The translations under genes and the position numbers were made by a program. Of a stretch of 64,000 nt of DNA, positions 1-10,633 are shown piece by piece. The first letter of the stretch is position 1. Each line of letters begins with the position of its first letter. The DNA comes from Clostridia bacterium (GTDB lineage: Bacteria > Bacillota > Clostridia > TANB77 > CAG-508): NCBI GenBank assembly GCA_045531335.1, contig JAZSDU010000049.1, forward strand, positions 18,485 through 82,484, written 5' to 3'. A model generated the notes under the pieces. That model was not told the DNA's origin, ran no database searches, and saw only the letters and a program-made list of their open reading frames with translations.

Positions 1-1
1 A

Positions 2-178
2 CAAACTGTGTTTAGGAGTGCCAATAAATATGCTAAAGAGTATGGCGGCAAAGCACAAGAATGGACAAAGAGAGTAGGTAAAATAGAAAGCGATAAGTAT
101 GTATTTGATATACACTGGGTAGAACATAGTAAATATGGTAATTATGATTTTAAATTGAAAGGAAAGACATTAAAATGA
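2..178 (+). CDS. 3' end of a phage protein (partial, function unknown)
   Basis: Open frame from the window edge to TGA at 176-178. Its stop overlaps the next start (ATGA). Confidence 0.35.
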   Translation, partial: QTVFRSANKYAKEYGGKAQEWTKRVGKIESDKYVFDIHWVEHSKYGNYDFKLKGKTLK

Positions 179-468
179 AAGTGAAAAAGTATGATATAGA
201 AACAGATTCATATATAGAAGTAGATGCAATTGGAAAAGTTAAATATTTAGGTAAAAGCTTTGGCATAGAAGGTCTTACTGATGGAAAAACATATTTTGTT
301 ACAAACATTGAAGAAGGAATGCTAAAAGTAATAGATGATAGCGAAGAAGAATATCTTTATTCATCAACAAAACCTTCTGATATAGAAAATCCTTCTTTGT
401 ATGGTAGTTGGGAAATCATTGAAGATGAAAAAGGAATATTAAAAAGTATAGTTGGAGGAGAAAAATAA
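175..468 (+). CDS. hypothetical phage protein (97 aa, acidic)
   Basis: ORF track. Translationally coupled on both sides (ATGA, TAATG). Confidence 0.5.
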   Translation: MKVKKYDIETDSYIEVDAIGKVKYLGKSFGIEGLTDGKTYFVTNIEEGMLKVIDDSEEEYLYSSTKPSDIENPSLYGSWEIIEDEKGILKSIVGGEK

Positions 469-620
469 TGATATTTGAAAAAGGGGACAAAGTAAAACTA
501 AAAAATGGTAGCATAGTAACAATAAATGAACAAATAAAGAGCTTAGGAACGGTAGAAGGCTATTCAACATATGAAAACATTCTTGTTACAACATCGATGA
601 TTCAAGAAAAAGTTAATTAG
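468..620 (+). CDS. small hypothetical phage protein (50 aa)
   Basis: ATG overlaps the previous stop (TAATG). Open to TAG at 618-620. No similarity recognised. Confidence 0.3.
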   Translation: MIFEKGDKVKLKNGSIVTINEQIKSLGTVEGYSTYENILVTTSMIQEKVN

Positions 621-750
621 TTATTAATATTTTAATATTATAGATGAAAGGCATAGAAATATGTCTTTTTATTATGTCCGAAAAAGTGATGACTGTAAAC
701 TATTCTTAATATAAAATGTGCAGAAATGCATACCGAAAGGAGAAAATAAA

Positions 751-1371
751 ATGGAGTTCTTAAAAGAAATTTTAGGAGATGACTTGTATGAACAAGTCAA
801 AACAAAAGTAAGTTCTTATAACGAGAAAGCCGATAAGGACAAAAGAGTTAGTATTGCAAATGTTAATGGTGATGAATATGTGACGAAAGCCAAATATTCA
901 CAACTAGAAACTGATTTAGATAATACTAGAACATCGCTAGAAACAGCGACAAACACAATTAAGGATTTGAAAAAATCTAATGGAGATAATGCTGATTTGC
1001 AAGCAAAAATTACTGCTTATGAAATAGAAAAAGCAAATCTTGAAAGCAAGCACAAAGAAACAACCGAAAAGTTGATAAAAGAAAGTGCAATAAAAGATGC
1101 ATTATACAACGAAAAAGCAAAATTTCCAGAATTATTAATATCTAAATTTGATTTATCTAAAATCTTATTAGATGAAAAAGGAGAAAAAGTAGTTTCTGGA
1201 ATAGAAGAGCAAATGAAATCTAATAAGGAAACTTATAAAGACTTATTTGGAGAAGCACAACCAACAAAACAGCCATACAGTTATAATCCTCAAGGAGGAA
1301 ATCCAAAACCAACTGATAGCGCAACAGATTTTGTTGGAATAATTAAAGAAAATCAATCAAGAAAAATTTAA
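751..1371 (+). CDS. phage scaffolding protein (GP20-like, coiled coil)
   Basis: AAAGGAG RBS before ATG 751. Heptad-rich K/E sequence directly upstream of the major capsid gene. A hairpin terminator follows. Confidence 0.6.
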   Translation: MEFLKEILGDDLYEQVKTKVSSYNEKADKDKRVSIANVNGDEYVTKAKYSQLETDLDNTRTSLETATNTIKDLKKSNGDNADLQAKITAYEIEKANLESKHKETTEKLIKESAIKDALYNEKAKFPELLISKFDLSKILLDEKGEKVVSGIEEQMKSNKETYKDLFGEAQPTKQPYSYNPQGGNPKPTDSATDFVGIIKENQSRKI

Positions 1372-1422
1372 GACGTTTAAAACGTCTTTTTATTTTATTA
1401 AAAATTAAAGGAGGAAACCAAA

Positions 1423-2313
1423 ATGGGTTATTTAAAAGACGAATTATCAGGATTTGTTCCTGTAGAACAAGCAACAGAAATAATGAAAGATGTAGCTAGA
1501 GGATCTAGTATATTAAGATTATCAAAAGTATCAAATATGGAAAGCGATACAAAGAAAATACCAGTTATGACAGAAGGAGCTGGAGCATACTGGGTAGGAG
1601 AAGGAGAAAGAATACAAACTTCTAAAGCAGGATGGATTTATCCAGAATTAAAAGCTAAAAAATTAGCTGTAATTATACCAGTAACAAATGAAAAATTAAA
1701 AGATACAACAATAGATGTATTTACAGAATTAAAAGAAAGTATAGCAGAAGCATTCTATAAAGCAATAGATGCAGCAGCAATATTTGGGACAAACTCACCA
1801 TTTGCAAAAAGCATAATGAGTTCTATTGAAACAGCAGGAAATACAGTTGAAATAGAAACAAATGGAGCAGGAAAATTAGATTTAGATGTATCTGATGCAA
1901 TGGCTTTAGTTGAAGAAGATGGATATGATGTAAATGGTTTCGTAGCAAGAATAGGAGTTAAAAACTCTTTAAGAAAATTAAGAGATGCTAACGGAAATCA
2001 ATTATTTGCAACTGGAGTAGATGGAAAAGAATTTTATTCTCAACCAATCGAATTTTCAAGAAATGGTGCTTGGGACAAAGACAAAGCTGAAATTATAGGT
2101 GGAGATTTCGATAAATCTTTAGTAGGAATTAGAGATGGAATTGAATATACTATCCTAACTGAAGCAACACTAGAAGGAACAGTTGATGAAGATGGAAAAC
2201 CAATTTCATTAGCTGAACAAGATTTAATTGGTATAAAAGCTACAATGAGATTAGCATATTTACCAATTAAAGATGAAGCTTTCTGTGCAGTAGTTCCAAA
2301 GGCAGGTGTTTAA
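1423..2313 (+). CDS. phage major capsid protein (HK97-fold type)
   Basis: 296 aa. Strong GGAGG RBS. Position after the scaffold gene. Sequence character typical of the phage major capsid family. Confidence 0.8.
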   Translation: MGYLKDELSGFVPVEQATEIMKDVARGSSILRLSKVSNMESDTKKIPVMTEGAGAYWVGEGERIQTSKAGWIYPELKAKKLAVIIPVTNEKLKDTTIDVFTELKESIAEAFYKAIDAAAIFGTNSPFAKSIMSSIETAGNTVEIETNGAGKLDLDVSDAMALVEEDGYDVNGFVARIGVKNSLRKLRDANGNQLFATGVDGKEFYSQPIEFSRNGAWDKDKAEIIGGDFDKSLVGIRDGIEYTILTEATLEGTVDEDGKPISLAEQDLIGIKATMRLAYLPIKDEAFCAVVPKAGV

Positions 2314-2316
2314 TAT

Positions 2317-2466
2317 ATGAATAAATATGTTAAGGGGAAAGTAGTTATTAATGCTACTGAAAAAGCTTACAGAGTAATTTATAAAGAACAAGGATATGTT
2401 CCTTATAAAGAAGAGGCTAAAACAACAAAGAATAATACTAAAAAGAAAGAAGAAGCTGACAAATAG
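2317..2466 (+). CDS. small lysine-rich phage protein (49 aa)
   Basis: ATG 2317 to TAG 2464-2466, packed between the capsid and connector genes. Confidence 0.3.
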   Translation: MNKYVKGKVVINATEKAYRVIYKEQGYVPYKEEAKTTKNNTKKKEEADK

Positions 2467-2489
2467 TTAGCTTCTTTTGAGGTATAACT

Positions 2490-2846
2490 ATGTCAGAAAA
2501 TTTAAAAGCAATATCAAAATTTATAAGTATTGATAATTACGAAATACAAAAATTCTTGGAGTTCTGCGAAAAGAATATAATAGATAAAATATTGGACAGA
2601 TGCAACATAGATACCATCCCAGACAGATTAAATTCACTTATACAAGAGTTTTTAATAGAACAATATACTCTTAATAAAGAGGGTGTTGGAAAAGGTTTAA
2701 AAGAGGTGTCTAGTGTATCTGACAATGGTCAAAGTGCCACATTCAATGTTATTGGAGGAGCAACTGCTGTATCAAAAAATGTTGATGAATTTCTTGATAG
2801 AAATATGAAAACATTAGTTGCTTATAGAAAGATAAGGTGGAATTAA
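2490..2846 (+). CDS. head-tail connector protein (gp6-like)
   Basis: Size and position after the capsid gene. Overlaps the next gene. Confidence 0.5.
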   Translation: MSENLKAISKFISIDNYEIQKFLEFCEKNIIDKILDRCNIDTIPDRLNSLIQEFLIEQYTLNKEGVGKGLKEVSSVSDNGQSATFNVIGGATAVSKNVDEFLDRNMKTLVAYRKIRWN

Positions 2847-3196
2847 TGAAAATACCAGATTTATTTAAAGAAGCAATAAAAGATACTTTCTATGATAAAG
2901 AAATGGAAATATGGTCATGTGGAACAGTAACAGATGATGAAGGTTCAGTAGTTGGAAATGGCAAACTAGACTTAATTGAAAGGTTATCAGGTAATTTTCA
3001 ATACAAAACAAAAGAAAAGTTACAACAAGAATATGGACAAGAAGTCCAAGCAAATGCAATTGTGACTTGTGAAAAGACCAAAGCTGTTGAAGGAAATATA
3101 CTTGTATATCAAGAAAAAGAGTATGAAATAAAGTCTAAAATACCTTCTGACAGCCATATAAAACTGCTTGTATATGGAAGTGGTATAAATGGCTAG
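2837..3196 (+). CDS. head closure / head-tail adaptor protein
   Basis: Position in the neck module. Overlapping starts and stops on both sides. Confidence 0.4.
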   Translation: MELMKIPDLFKEAIKDTFYDKEMEIWSCGTVTDDEGSVVGNGKLDLIERLSGNFQYKTKEKLQQEYGQEVQANAIVTCEKTKAVEGNILVYQEKEYEIKSKIPSDSHIKLLVYGSGING

Positions 3197-3631
3197 TATA
3201 GAGGGATTAGATAAACTGCTTGCAAATTTATCACGGATTAGGTGGAAATATAAAAGAGGCTTGTTATAAAGGTGTTATAAGAGGTGCTAAAACTATTCAA
3301 AAAAATGCAAAGTATTTATGCCCAACTGGAGAAACAGGACATCTAAAAAACTCAATTAAAACAAAAGGGCAAATAAATCAAGACAGTGTAGAAGGACAAG
3401 TATATACTAACCTTGAGTATGCTCCATACGTTGAGTTTGGAACAGGTCAAAGAGGTGCTGAAAGTAATATAGATAGACCAGAACGGAGTATCTTATAAAG
3501 CTGACTGGAAAGGTCAAGCAGCACAACCTTATATGACACCTGCATATTTACATGCTAAAAACAGTAATGAAGTAGAAACACAAGTTATAAGAGAAGTGCA
3601 ACAAGAAATAAGAAAGCTAGGTGGTAAATAA
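3189..3631 (+). CDS. HK97 gp10-family neck/tail protein, interrupted twice at in-frame CGG (3234, 3484)
   Basis: ATG 3189 gives MASIEGLDKLLANLS, then CGG. The +1 frame continues GLGGNIKEAC...RPE, then a second CGG. The next +1 frame continues GVSYKADWKGQAAQPYMTPAY...LGGK and stops at 3629-3631. Confidence 0.6.
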
Positions 3632-3975
3632 TGATTAATTTGAAGCCACAAATATTAAAAAAATTAAAGGAAATCTCAGATGTTGAGGTTTCCTATTTTT
3701 ATCCTCAGAATTGGGCTAAATTGCCAGCCATTTCTTACTATGAAATGGATAATTCAGTAGCAAGTAAAGCTGAAGATGAGGAGTATAGTAGTAATATTTC
3801 AATTCAAATAGATATATGGGCTAAAAGTTCAAGTAAATGTTCTGAATTAGCTAATTTAGTAAATGAAAAAATGGAAGATTTAGAGTTTGAAAGAAGATTA
3901 GCTTTAGATTTATTTGAAAATGAAACAAAAATCTATCACAAAACAATGCGTTTTGAAAAAGTAGAAATTTTATAA
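3631..3975 (+). CDS. tail completion / tail terminator-like protein
   Basis: 114 aa. Lies between the neck genes and the major tail gene. Start overlaps the previous stop. Confidence 0.45.
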   Translation: MINLKPQILKKLKEISDVEVSYFYPQNWAKLPAISYYEMDNSVASKAEDEEYSSNISIQIDIWAKSSSKCSELANLVNEKMEDLEFERRLALDLFENETKIYHKTMRFEKVEIL

Positions 3976-3990
3976 TAAGGAGGGCTATAT

Positions 3991-4578
3991 ATGCCAAAAA
4001 AAGCATTAAGAGGTTTAAGTGGAATTAAAGTATTCGAATTATTAGAGAATACAGAAAAAAGTTATAAAGTAGGGGAAGCAAAAAATATTCCTTACGCACA
4101 AAAATTAACAAGAGATGTTCAAACATCAAATGATCCTATATATGCAGATGATGAAATATATGATGATGAAGAAATATTTGATGGAGAAGATTTTGAACTA
4201 GAAGTACCAGAAGCAGATTTAGAATTAATGTCTGTATTAGAAGGTGGAAAATTCGATTCAGAATCTGGAGAATATTCTTGGGGACCAGAAGACCAAGGCA
4301 AAGACTATGCTATGACATTTAAAGCTAAAAGAAAAGATGGAAACTATAGAATGTTTAGATATTACAGAGCAAAATTTAAAAAAGTAAAACAAGATTTACA
4401 AACTCAAGATAATGGAACACAAGTATCTACTCTAACAATAAGTGGTACATTCTATAAAAGAGCATTAATAGAAGACCCTAAAGTAAGAGTATATAAAGAT
4501 AGTACATCACCAGTTGATTTAGCATGGCTAGATACAATTCCAACAATAACAGAAACTGTAGAAGAGGGCGGAGAGTAG
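3991..4578 (+). CDS. major tail protein
   Basis: Position immediately upstream of the chaperone pair. GGAGG RBS. Terminator-like hairpin at its end. Confidence 0.6.
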   Translation: MPKKALRGLSGIKVFELLENTEKSYKVGEAKNIPYAQKLTRDVQTSNDPIYADDEIYDDEEIFDGEDFELEVPEADLELMSVLEGGKFDSESGEYSWGPEDQGKDYAMTFKAKRKDGNYRMFRYYRAKFKKVKQDLQTQDNGTQVSTLTISGTFYKRALIEDPKVRVYKDSTSPVDLAWLDTIPTITETVEEGGE

Positions 4579-4614
4579 AAATACTCTCTTGCTTTTATAT
4601 AAGGAGGAAATAAA

Positions 4615-5186
4615 ATGTCAACAAAAACAAGTGAAAGTTTAAGCCTAAAAAAAGTAAAAACAATTCATGGTGTAGAGATTAGAAAGATGCCTTGTGGCAA
4701 GTATTTTGAAGCTCTACAGACTTTAAAGAATTTGCCAGAAGACTTCATGAAGGAGATTTCTGACAATAAGCAAGATTTTAAATTATCAGAAATGTTTACA
4801 ATGGAAAATATAATGAATTTAATAACAAAACTATTGATTATATTACCTGATTTTACATTTACATTTTTATCTAAATTAATGGATGTTGATATAAATAAAA
4901 TGAAAAATGAACTTACACCAAAAGAATTAATAGACATAGTAAAAGAATTTTGGAAGATGAACGAATTAGAAAGTTTTTTCGCTCAAATGAAGCCGATTAT
5001 AGGGAAGATAACAGGGCTAATTGGCTTCAAAGAACAATTGCAATCTGTATCAAAATAGGAATAAGCAAAAAAGAATTTATGGAAGATTATTATCCAGATG
5101 AAATACCGTTAATAATGCAAGAATATGCAGAATTAAATAAAATGGCTAACAGTGATGAAGAAACTGTTAGCGCAGATGATTTTTAA
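4615..5186 (+). CDS. tail assembly chaperone pair (G-like product 4615-5058, GT-like -1 frameshift product extends to 5186)
   Basis: Two overlapping ORFs, the second in the -1 frame. Slippery heptamer T TTT TTC at 4974-4980 lies in the overlap. Confidence 0.6.
4974..4980 (+). promoter_or_regulatory. -1 programmed ribosomal frameshift slippery site T_TTT_TTC
   Basis: Zero-frame codons are agt ttt ttc. The -1 frame is open from 4950 to 5186. Matches the canonical X XXY YYZ heptamer. Confidence 0.55.
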
Positions 5187-5569
5187 TTTAGCCCAATTTG
5201 TTTTGAAACTATGTTTGCAATAACTTGTGCTGCAATATTACTAATTATTTGTATTGATGTGGAAGCAACTGTAGAAGCGATGCTTTTCGTTTCTTTCCAT
5301 ACTTTATCATCACGAATATTGTCAAGAAATTCATGACCATTATAAGTTATATTTCTAGCAATTATAACAGGTATATCAAAACCTTTAGCGGTTAAGCAAG
5401 ACAAAAAATTTGCTTCCATCAACCTTTCAGTAGTATATACAAGTTCTTCTTCAGTATAATTGTTAAGTTTAAGGCTGTTAATATTTATATCGTTTTTATA
5501 AGATAAATTATCTTCTAAATACAATAATAAATCTCTAATGCAGTCTTGATTTAATTTCATAAAACACAC
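5183..5569 (-). CDS. YjcQ/DUF2513-like protein (moron on the opposite strand)
   Basis: 128 aa on the minus strand inside a plus-strand tail module. N-terminal LLYLEDN...Y motif resembles the YjcQ/DUF2513 family. Confidence 0.45.
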   Translation of the reverse strand: MCFMKLNQDCIRDLLLYLEDNLSYKNDININSLKLNNYTEEELVYTTERLMEANFLSCLTAKGFDIPVIIARNITYNGHEFLDNIRDDKVWKETKSIASTVASTSIQIISNIAAQVIANIVSKQIGLN

Positions 5570-5681
5570 CTCCGTTTTTCATATTATATAACAAAAGAAA
5601 ACTAACAGCAAAACAAACCATATTACAAGTTTCGACAAGTTTTGCGAACAAAGTATAGTATTATAATGTTGAGGTGATATT

Positions 5682-6275
5682 ATGAAATGTCCATATTGTG
5701 AGAACAATATTAGTGATTTTGATGAAATTTGTCCATCATGTAAAACAAACATAGAAGGATACAAAGCAGATGTTAAATATGCAGAAGATAAATTTTATAA
5801 AAAATGGTGGTTCTGGTTAATTGTTGCTTTCTTTGTAATATTTAGTCTTACATCAATAATTCCTGCTGTACAAGATTTAAATAAATCAAAACTAGAGTAT
5901 AGGTTAATAAAAGAAGGTAAAACAACTTATGCTAATGAAATAGTTGAACAAGTTGTAGAAAACTTAAAAAACAATGAGATTGAAGAAATTAAAAAGTATT
6001 TATCAACTGATTGCAAGTTTTTTATTGTTGGCAATGAAAAATATTCATTGGAAACATGTTTAAAAGATTTAGAAGCATATGAAACTCACAGAATTGAAAA
6101 AAGAGGAAATGATTTAAAAGATATAGAAACATATAGAATATATTGGAATGGTTGGAATATAGAAGATGCTTCTCAGATTATAACTATAAACTTGGAAAGA
6201 GAAGTAAACAAAGAAGAAATAACTTATGAAATTGAGAAGATAATATTTACAGATAACAATACATCACAATATTAA
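5682..6275 (+). CDS. zinc-ribbon membrane protein (moron)
   Basis: N-terminal CPYC...CPSC zinc ribbon, one TM helix (WWFWLIVAFFVIFSL), then a soluble domain. Confidence 0.45.
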   Translation: MKCPYCENNISDFDEICPSCKTNIEGYKADVKYAEDKFYKKWWFWLIVAFFVIFSLTSIIPAVQDLNKSKLEYRLIKEGKTTYANEIVEQVVENLKNNEIEEIKKYLSTDCKFFIVGNEKYSLETCLKDLEAYETHRIEKRGNDLKDIETYRIYWNGWNIEDASQIITINLEREVNKEEITYEIEKIIFTDNNTSQY

Positions 6276-6350
6276 GTTTAAATAAAATTATTATATAAAA
6301 CATCAGATTTTTAATCTGGTGTTTTTATTGTGCCTGAAAAGAGGTGAAAA

Positions 6351-9300
6351 ATGAACGAAACACAAATAGGTAAGTTAGTAATAGACTTACAAATAAAAAC
6401 ACAAGCATTAGAAAAAGGGCTTGAAACAGCAAAAAAGAAATTAAAAGAAATAGAAAGCCAAAATAAAGAATTAGAAAATTCTAACAAAGGATTAGAAAAT
6501 AGTTGGATAGCAGTTGCAGCAACAGCAACCATTGCATTAAATGGAATAATTAACTCTATAAAATCTGCAACAGAAGAGTACAAGGCTCATGAACAAGCAA
6601 TGTCATCTCTTCAAAATGTAGCTGATTATACAGGACAAAGTATGGATGACTTGTCAGGCATTATGGAAAAGTACGAAGGCATAATGACTAAATCAGATTT
6701 AGCTACTACTATTAAGAATTTTACCTTAATGGGAATGAAAGCAGAAGAAACTGAAAAAATGATAGAGGCATTAACAAATTCTGCTATAAGAAATAGAAAT
6801 GCAAATTATACTGTATCTGAAGCAGTAAGAGTTGCTTCTGAAGGGTATAGACAAGGTCTTTCAACATTATCTGATAGCGCAGGTGTTACAGAAAATTTAT
6901 CTGTAATGTTAGATAATTACGCACAAAGTATAGGAAAAACAGCCAGTCAATTAACAGAAACAGAAAAAAATCAAGCATATTTAAATAGAACAATGTATGC
7001 TGCACAGCCATTTGCTGGAGCAATGGAAGATTATTTAGATAGTTTAGCAGGAAAACAAGGAGAATATTCTCAATCAATGAGAGAAACTCAAGTTGCTTTT
7101 GCAGAAGCTATGGAACCTACATTAACAACATTACTAGAATTAGGAACAGGAATATTAAATATATTAAACAATTTAATAGGCTCAAACAAATCTATGACAG
7201 CAGGAACAACTGCATTTACAGTGACTTTATTAGCTGCAATAGTAGTTGTTAAAGCATATACAGCAGCAAAAAAGGCATATACTAAATCTGCTTTTGCAGC
7301 TACTGCAGCTACAAAAGGATTCACTGCAGCATTAGCATCAAACCCTTTAGGTTTAGCAGTTTTAGCAATATCCTCGTTAGTAGGTATTACAACTGCAGCA
7401 ACAACAGCAATAAATGAAAAAGCAGAGGCGCAAGCAAAATTAAACGAAATTACAGAAAGATACAACCAAATTCAAGAAGGAACTTATGCGTATACAGATG
7501 AAAATATTGCACAAGCACAAGCAGATAAAGAAGCAATTGAAGAACAAATTGATTTAATGCAAAAGAAATTAGATTTGCAACAAAAAATACAAGAAGAAAA
7601 CGGCAACAGTACAGATTTATATGGAACAACTAGCACAAGTGCGCAAAACGCAGCTATGTCACGTGTAACACAAGGTAATCCTGAACAGATAAATGAAATG
7701 AAGGAAAGCCTTGAAAGTGCAACTAGTGCTGTTAACGATTATTCAGCAGAATTAAAGCAGGTTGAAAAAGACTTAAAAAATGCACAAGATGCAAATGGAA
7801 ATTATGGAAATTCAATTGAAGAACTAAACAGTAGACTAGAAGAAAGTACAGATTATTTAGATGAAGCTAATGTAGTAAAAAATATAAGTAAAGCATTGGA
7901 TATAGAAAATACTAAAACAATGCAAAAAGAAGCAGCACAGTTGAGAGTAAATGCAAATCAAATGCAAAACTATTTAAATATAGTAAAAAAAGGAGATAAA
8001 TCTACTACAGAATACCAAAATGCAGTTACTGCATTAGCAAAAGCATATCCAGAAGCGGCAACAGCAGAAGGAATATTAATAGACCAAGCACAAGGATTTA
8101 TAGATGCGGAACAATTAAAAGCAGATGAAGCTTGGAAGGGTTCACAAAATACTATAAATGGTTATATTGAAATGCTAAATGTTGCCTTACAGAGTGAAAG
8201 TGTTCAAAGACAGGTGGCTGAAAACATAGGAATATCTTATGAACAATTAGCACCAAAATTACAATCCGTTTTAGGATTGCTGCAAGCAATGGCTGGATAC
8301 ACACCAGAAACTACTCCTAATATTACACCAACTGTTAGTACAGCAAGAAGTTCAGGAGGATCATCATATTCAAATAAAAGACTTGATAATTATAAAAAAG
8401 AAATAGAACATAAAAAGGCAATGGACCAAATAAGCCTTCAACAAGAAATTTTAATGTATGAAAAGGCATTAAGAAACTATGCTAGAACTACAGATGAAAA
8501 AAGAGAATTAAGAGAAAAGATATATGAGCTAAATAAAGAGCTAGCACAAAAAGAAAAAGAAGTATTAGACCAACAAACAGAAGATTACGAAGCATATATA
8601 CAAAAGCAAAAGAATATAAAAGGTGCAGCTTATGATGTAAATGAACAAACAAAGGATTATAACAAAATAATTCAAATGCACAAAAACTACTTAAATCAAA
8701 TAATGAAAGATGAAAGACTATCTCTTGAAGAAAGAAAAGAAATGTACAGAGAAGAATTACAGATAATAAGAGATTACGAACAACAAAAACGTGATTTAAG
8801 AGTAGAACAAATTGATAATACAGTATCTCAATTAACCAGCGCTATTACAAAGCAACTAGAAGAAATGCAAGAAAAAGAAAAAAATATTATAGATGAAAAT
8901 CTAAAAGTAATAGAAGAGTGGAAAGATGCTAGAATCAATGCAATTAATGAAGAATATGATGCAAGAATAGAAGCAATTAATAAAGAACTTGAAGCACTTA
9001 ATAAAGCAGAAGAAGAAAAGTCAAGAGCAGAAGAAGATGCAGAATACGAGAAGAAAAGGAAACGTTTAGAAGAATTAGTTGCATTTGAACATGATGCTAC
9101 AACAAAAGCAAATTATCAAAAAGAATTAGATAAATTAATAGCAGAATATCAAAAGACTTTAGACAATAGAACATTAGCAGATAAAAAAGAGGCATTAAAC
9201 AATGAAAAAGAATTGCTTCAAGAAGAACAAGACAGCAAAATAGAAGCTATTGAACAAGAAGCTGAAAGACAGTCAGAAGTATATAACAAACAGCTTGAAG

Positions 9301-9734
9301 AACTTGAAAAGTATTATGAAGAGCAAATAGGTATGGCTCAAGATACAGCAGAAAAAATGCTTTTAAATACATCTAAAAATCAAGACAAAATACTAGAGCT
9401 ACTAAAAAATTATGGCAATAAATATGAAATAACAGGACAAACTTTAGGAGAAAAACTAGCACAAGGAATTAATGATGGTTTAGCATCAAAGATTGAAAAT
9501 ATAATTGCAAATATACAAGATAAAATAGATGCGGGAATCGAGGCACAAATAGCAAAAATGGCATCTTCTGCTTATAAATATGATACAGAATCAGGAAAAT
9601 CAAGTGTAAAATCTATAACAAACAATGTAGTACAAAATAATTATATAGAGCAAAATCCAGAAACGCCTAGTGAAACATACAGAAAATTAAATAATATAAG
9701 TGAAAATTTAGCTTCACAATTAGCAGGAGGTTAA
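6351..9734 (+). CDS. tail tape measure protein
   Basis: 1127 aa with an Ala-rich TM-like central segment and long coiled coils. Position before Dit. Confidence 0.85.
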   Translation: MNETQIGKLVIDLQIKTQALEKGLETAKKKLKEIESQNKELENSNKGLENSWIAVAATATIALNGIINSIKSATEEYKAHEQAMSSLQNVADYTGQSMDDLSGIMEKYEGIMTKSDLATTIKNFTLMGMKAEETEKMIEALTNSAIRNRNANYTVSEAVRVASEGYRQGLSTLSDSAGVTENLSVMLDNYAQSIGKTASQLTETEKNQAYLNRTMYAAQPFAGAMEDYLDSLAGKQGEYSQSMRETQVAFAEAMEPTLTTLLELGTGILNILNNLIGSNKSMTAGTTAFTVTLLAAIVVVKAYTAAKKAYTKSAFAATAATKGFTAALASNPLGLAVLAISSLVGITTAATTAINEKAEAQAKLNEITERYNQIQEGTYAYTDENIAQAQADKEAIEEQIDLMQKKLDLQQKIQEENGNSTDLYGTTSTSAQNAAMSRVTQGNPEQINEMKESLESATSAVNDYSAELKQVEKDLKNAQDANGNYGNSIEELNSRLEESTDYLDEANVVKNISKALDIENTKTMQKEAAQLRVNANQMQNYLNIVKKGDKSTTEYQNAVTALAKAYPEAATAEGILIDQAQGFIDAEQLKADEAWKGSQNTINGYIEMLNVALQSESVQRQVAENIGISYEQLAPKLQSVLGLLQAMAGYTPETTPNITPTVSTARSSGGSSYSNKRLDNYKKEIEHKKAMDQISLQQEILMYEKALRNYARTTDEKRELREKIYELNKELAQKEKEVLDQQTEDYEAYIQKQKNIKGAAYDVNEQTKDYNKIIQMHKNYLNQIMKDERLSLEERKEMYREELQIIRDYEQQKRDLRVEQIDNTVSQLTSAITKQLEEMQEKEKNIIDENLKVIEEWKDARINAINEEYDARIEAINKELEALNKAEEEKSRAEEDAEYEKKRKRLEELVAFEHDATTKANYQKELDKLIAEYQKTLDNRTLADKKEALNNEKELLQEEQDSKIEAIEQEAERQSEVYNKQLEELEKYYEEQIGMAQDTAEKMLLNTSKNQDKILELLKNYGNKYEITGQTLGEKLAQGINDGLASKIENIIANIQDKIDAGIEAQIAKMASSAYKYDTESGKSSVKSITNNVVQNNYIEQNPETPSETYRKLNNISENLASQLAGG

Positions 9735-9738
9735 TTAA

Positions 9739-10630
<892 letters not shown>

Positions 10631-10633
10631 GAT

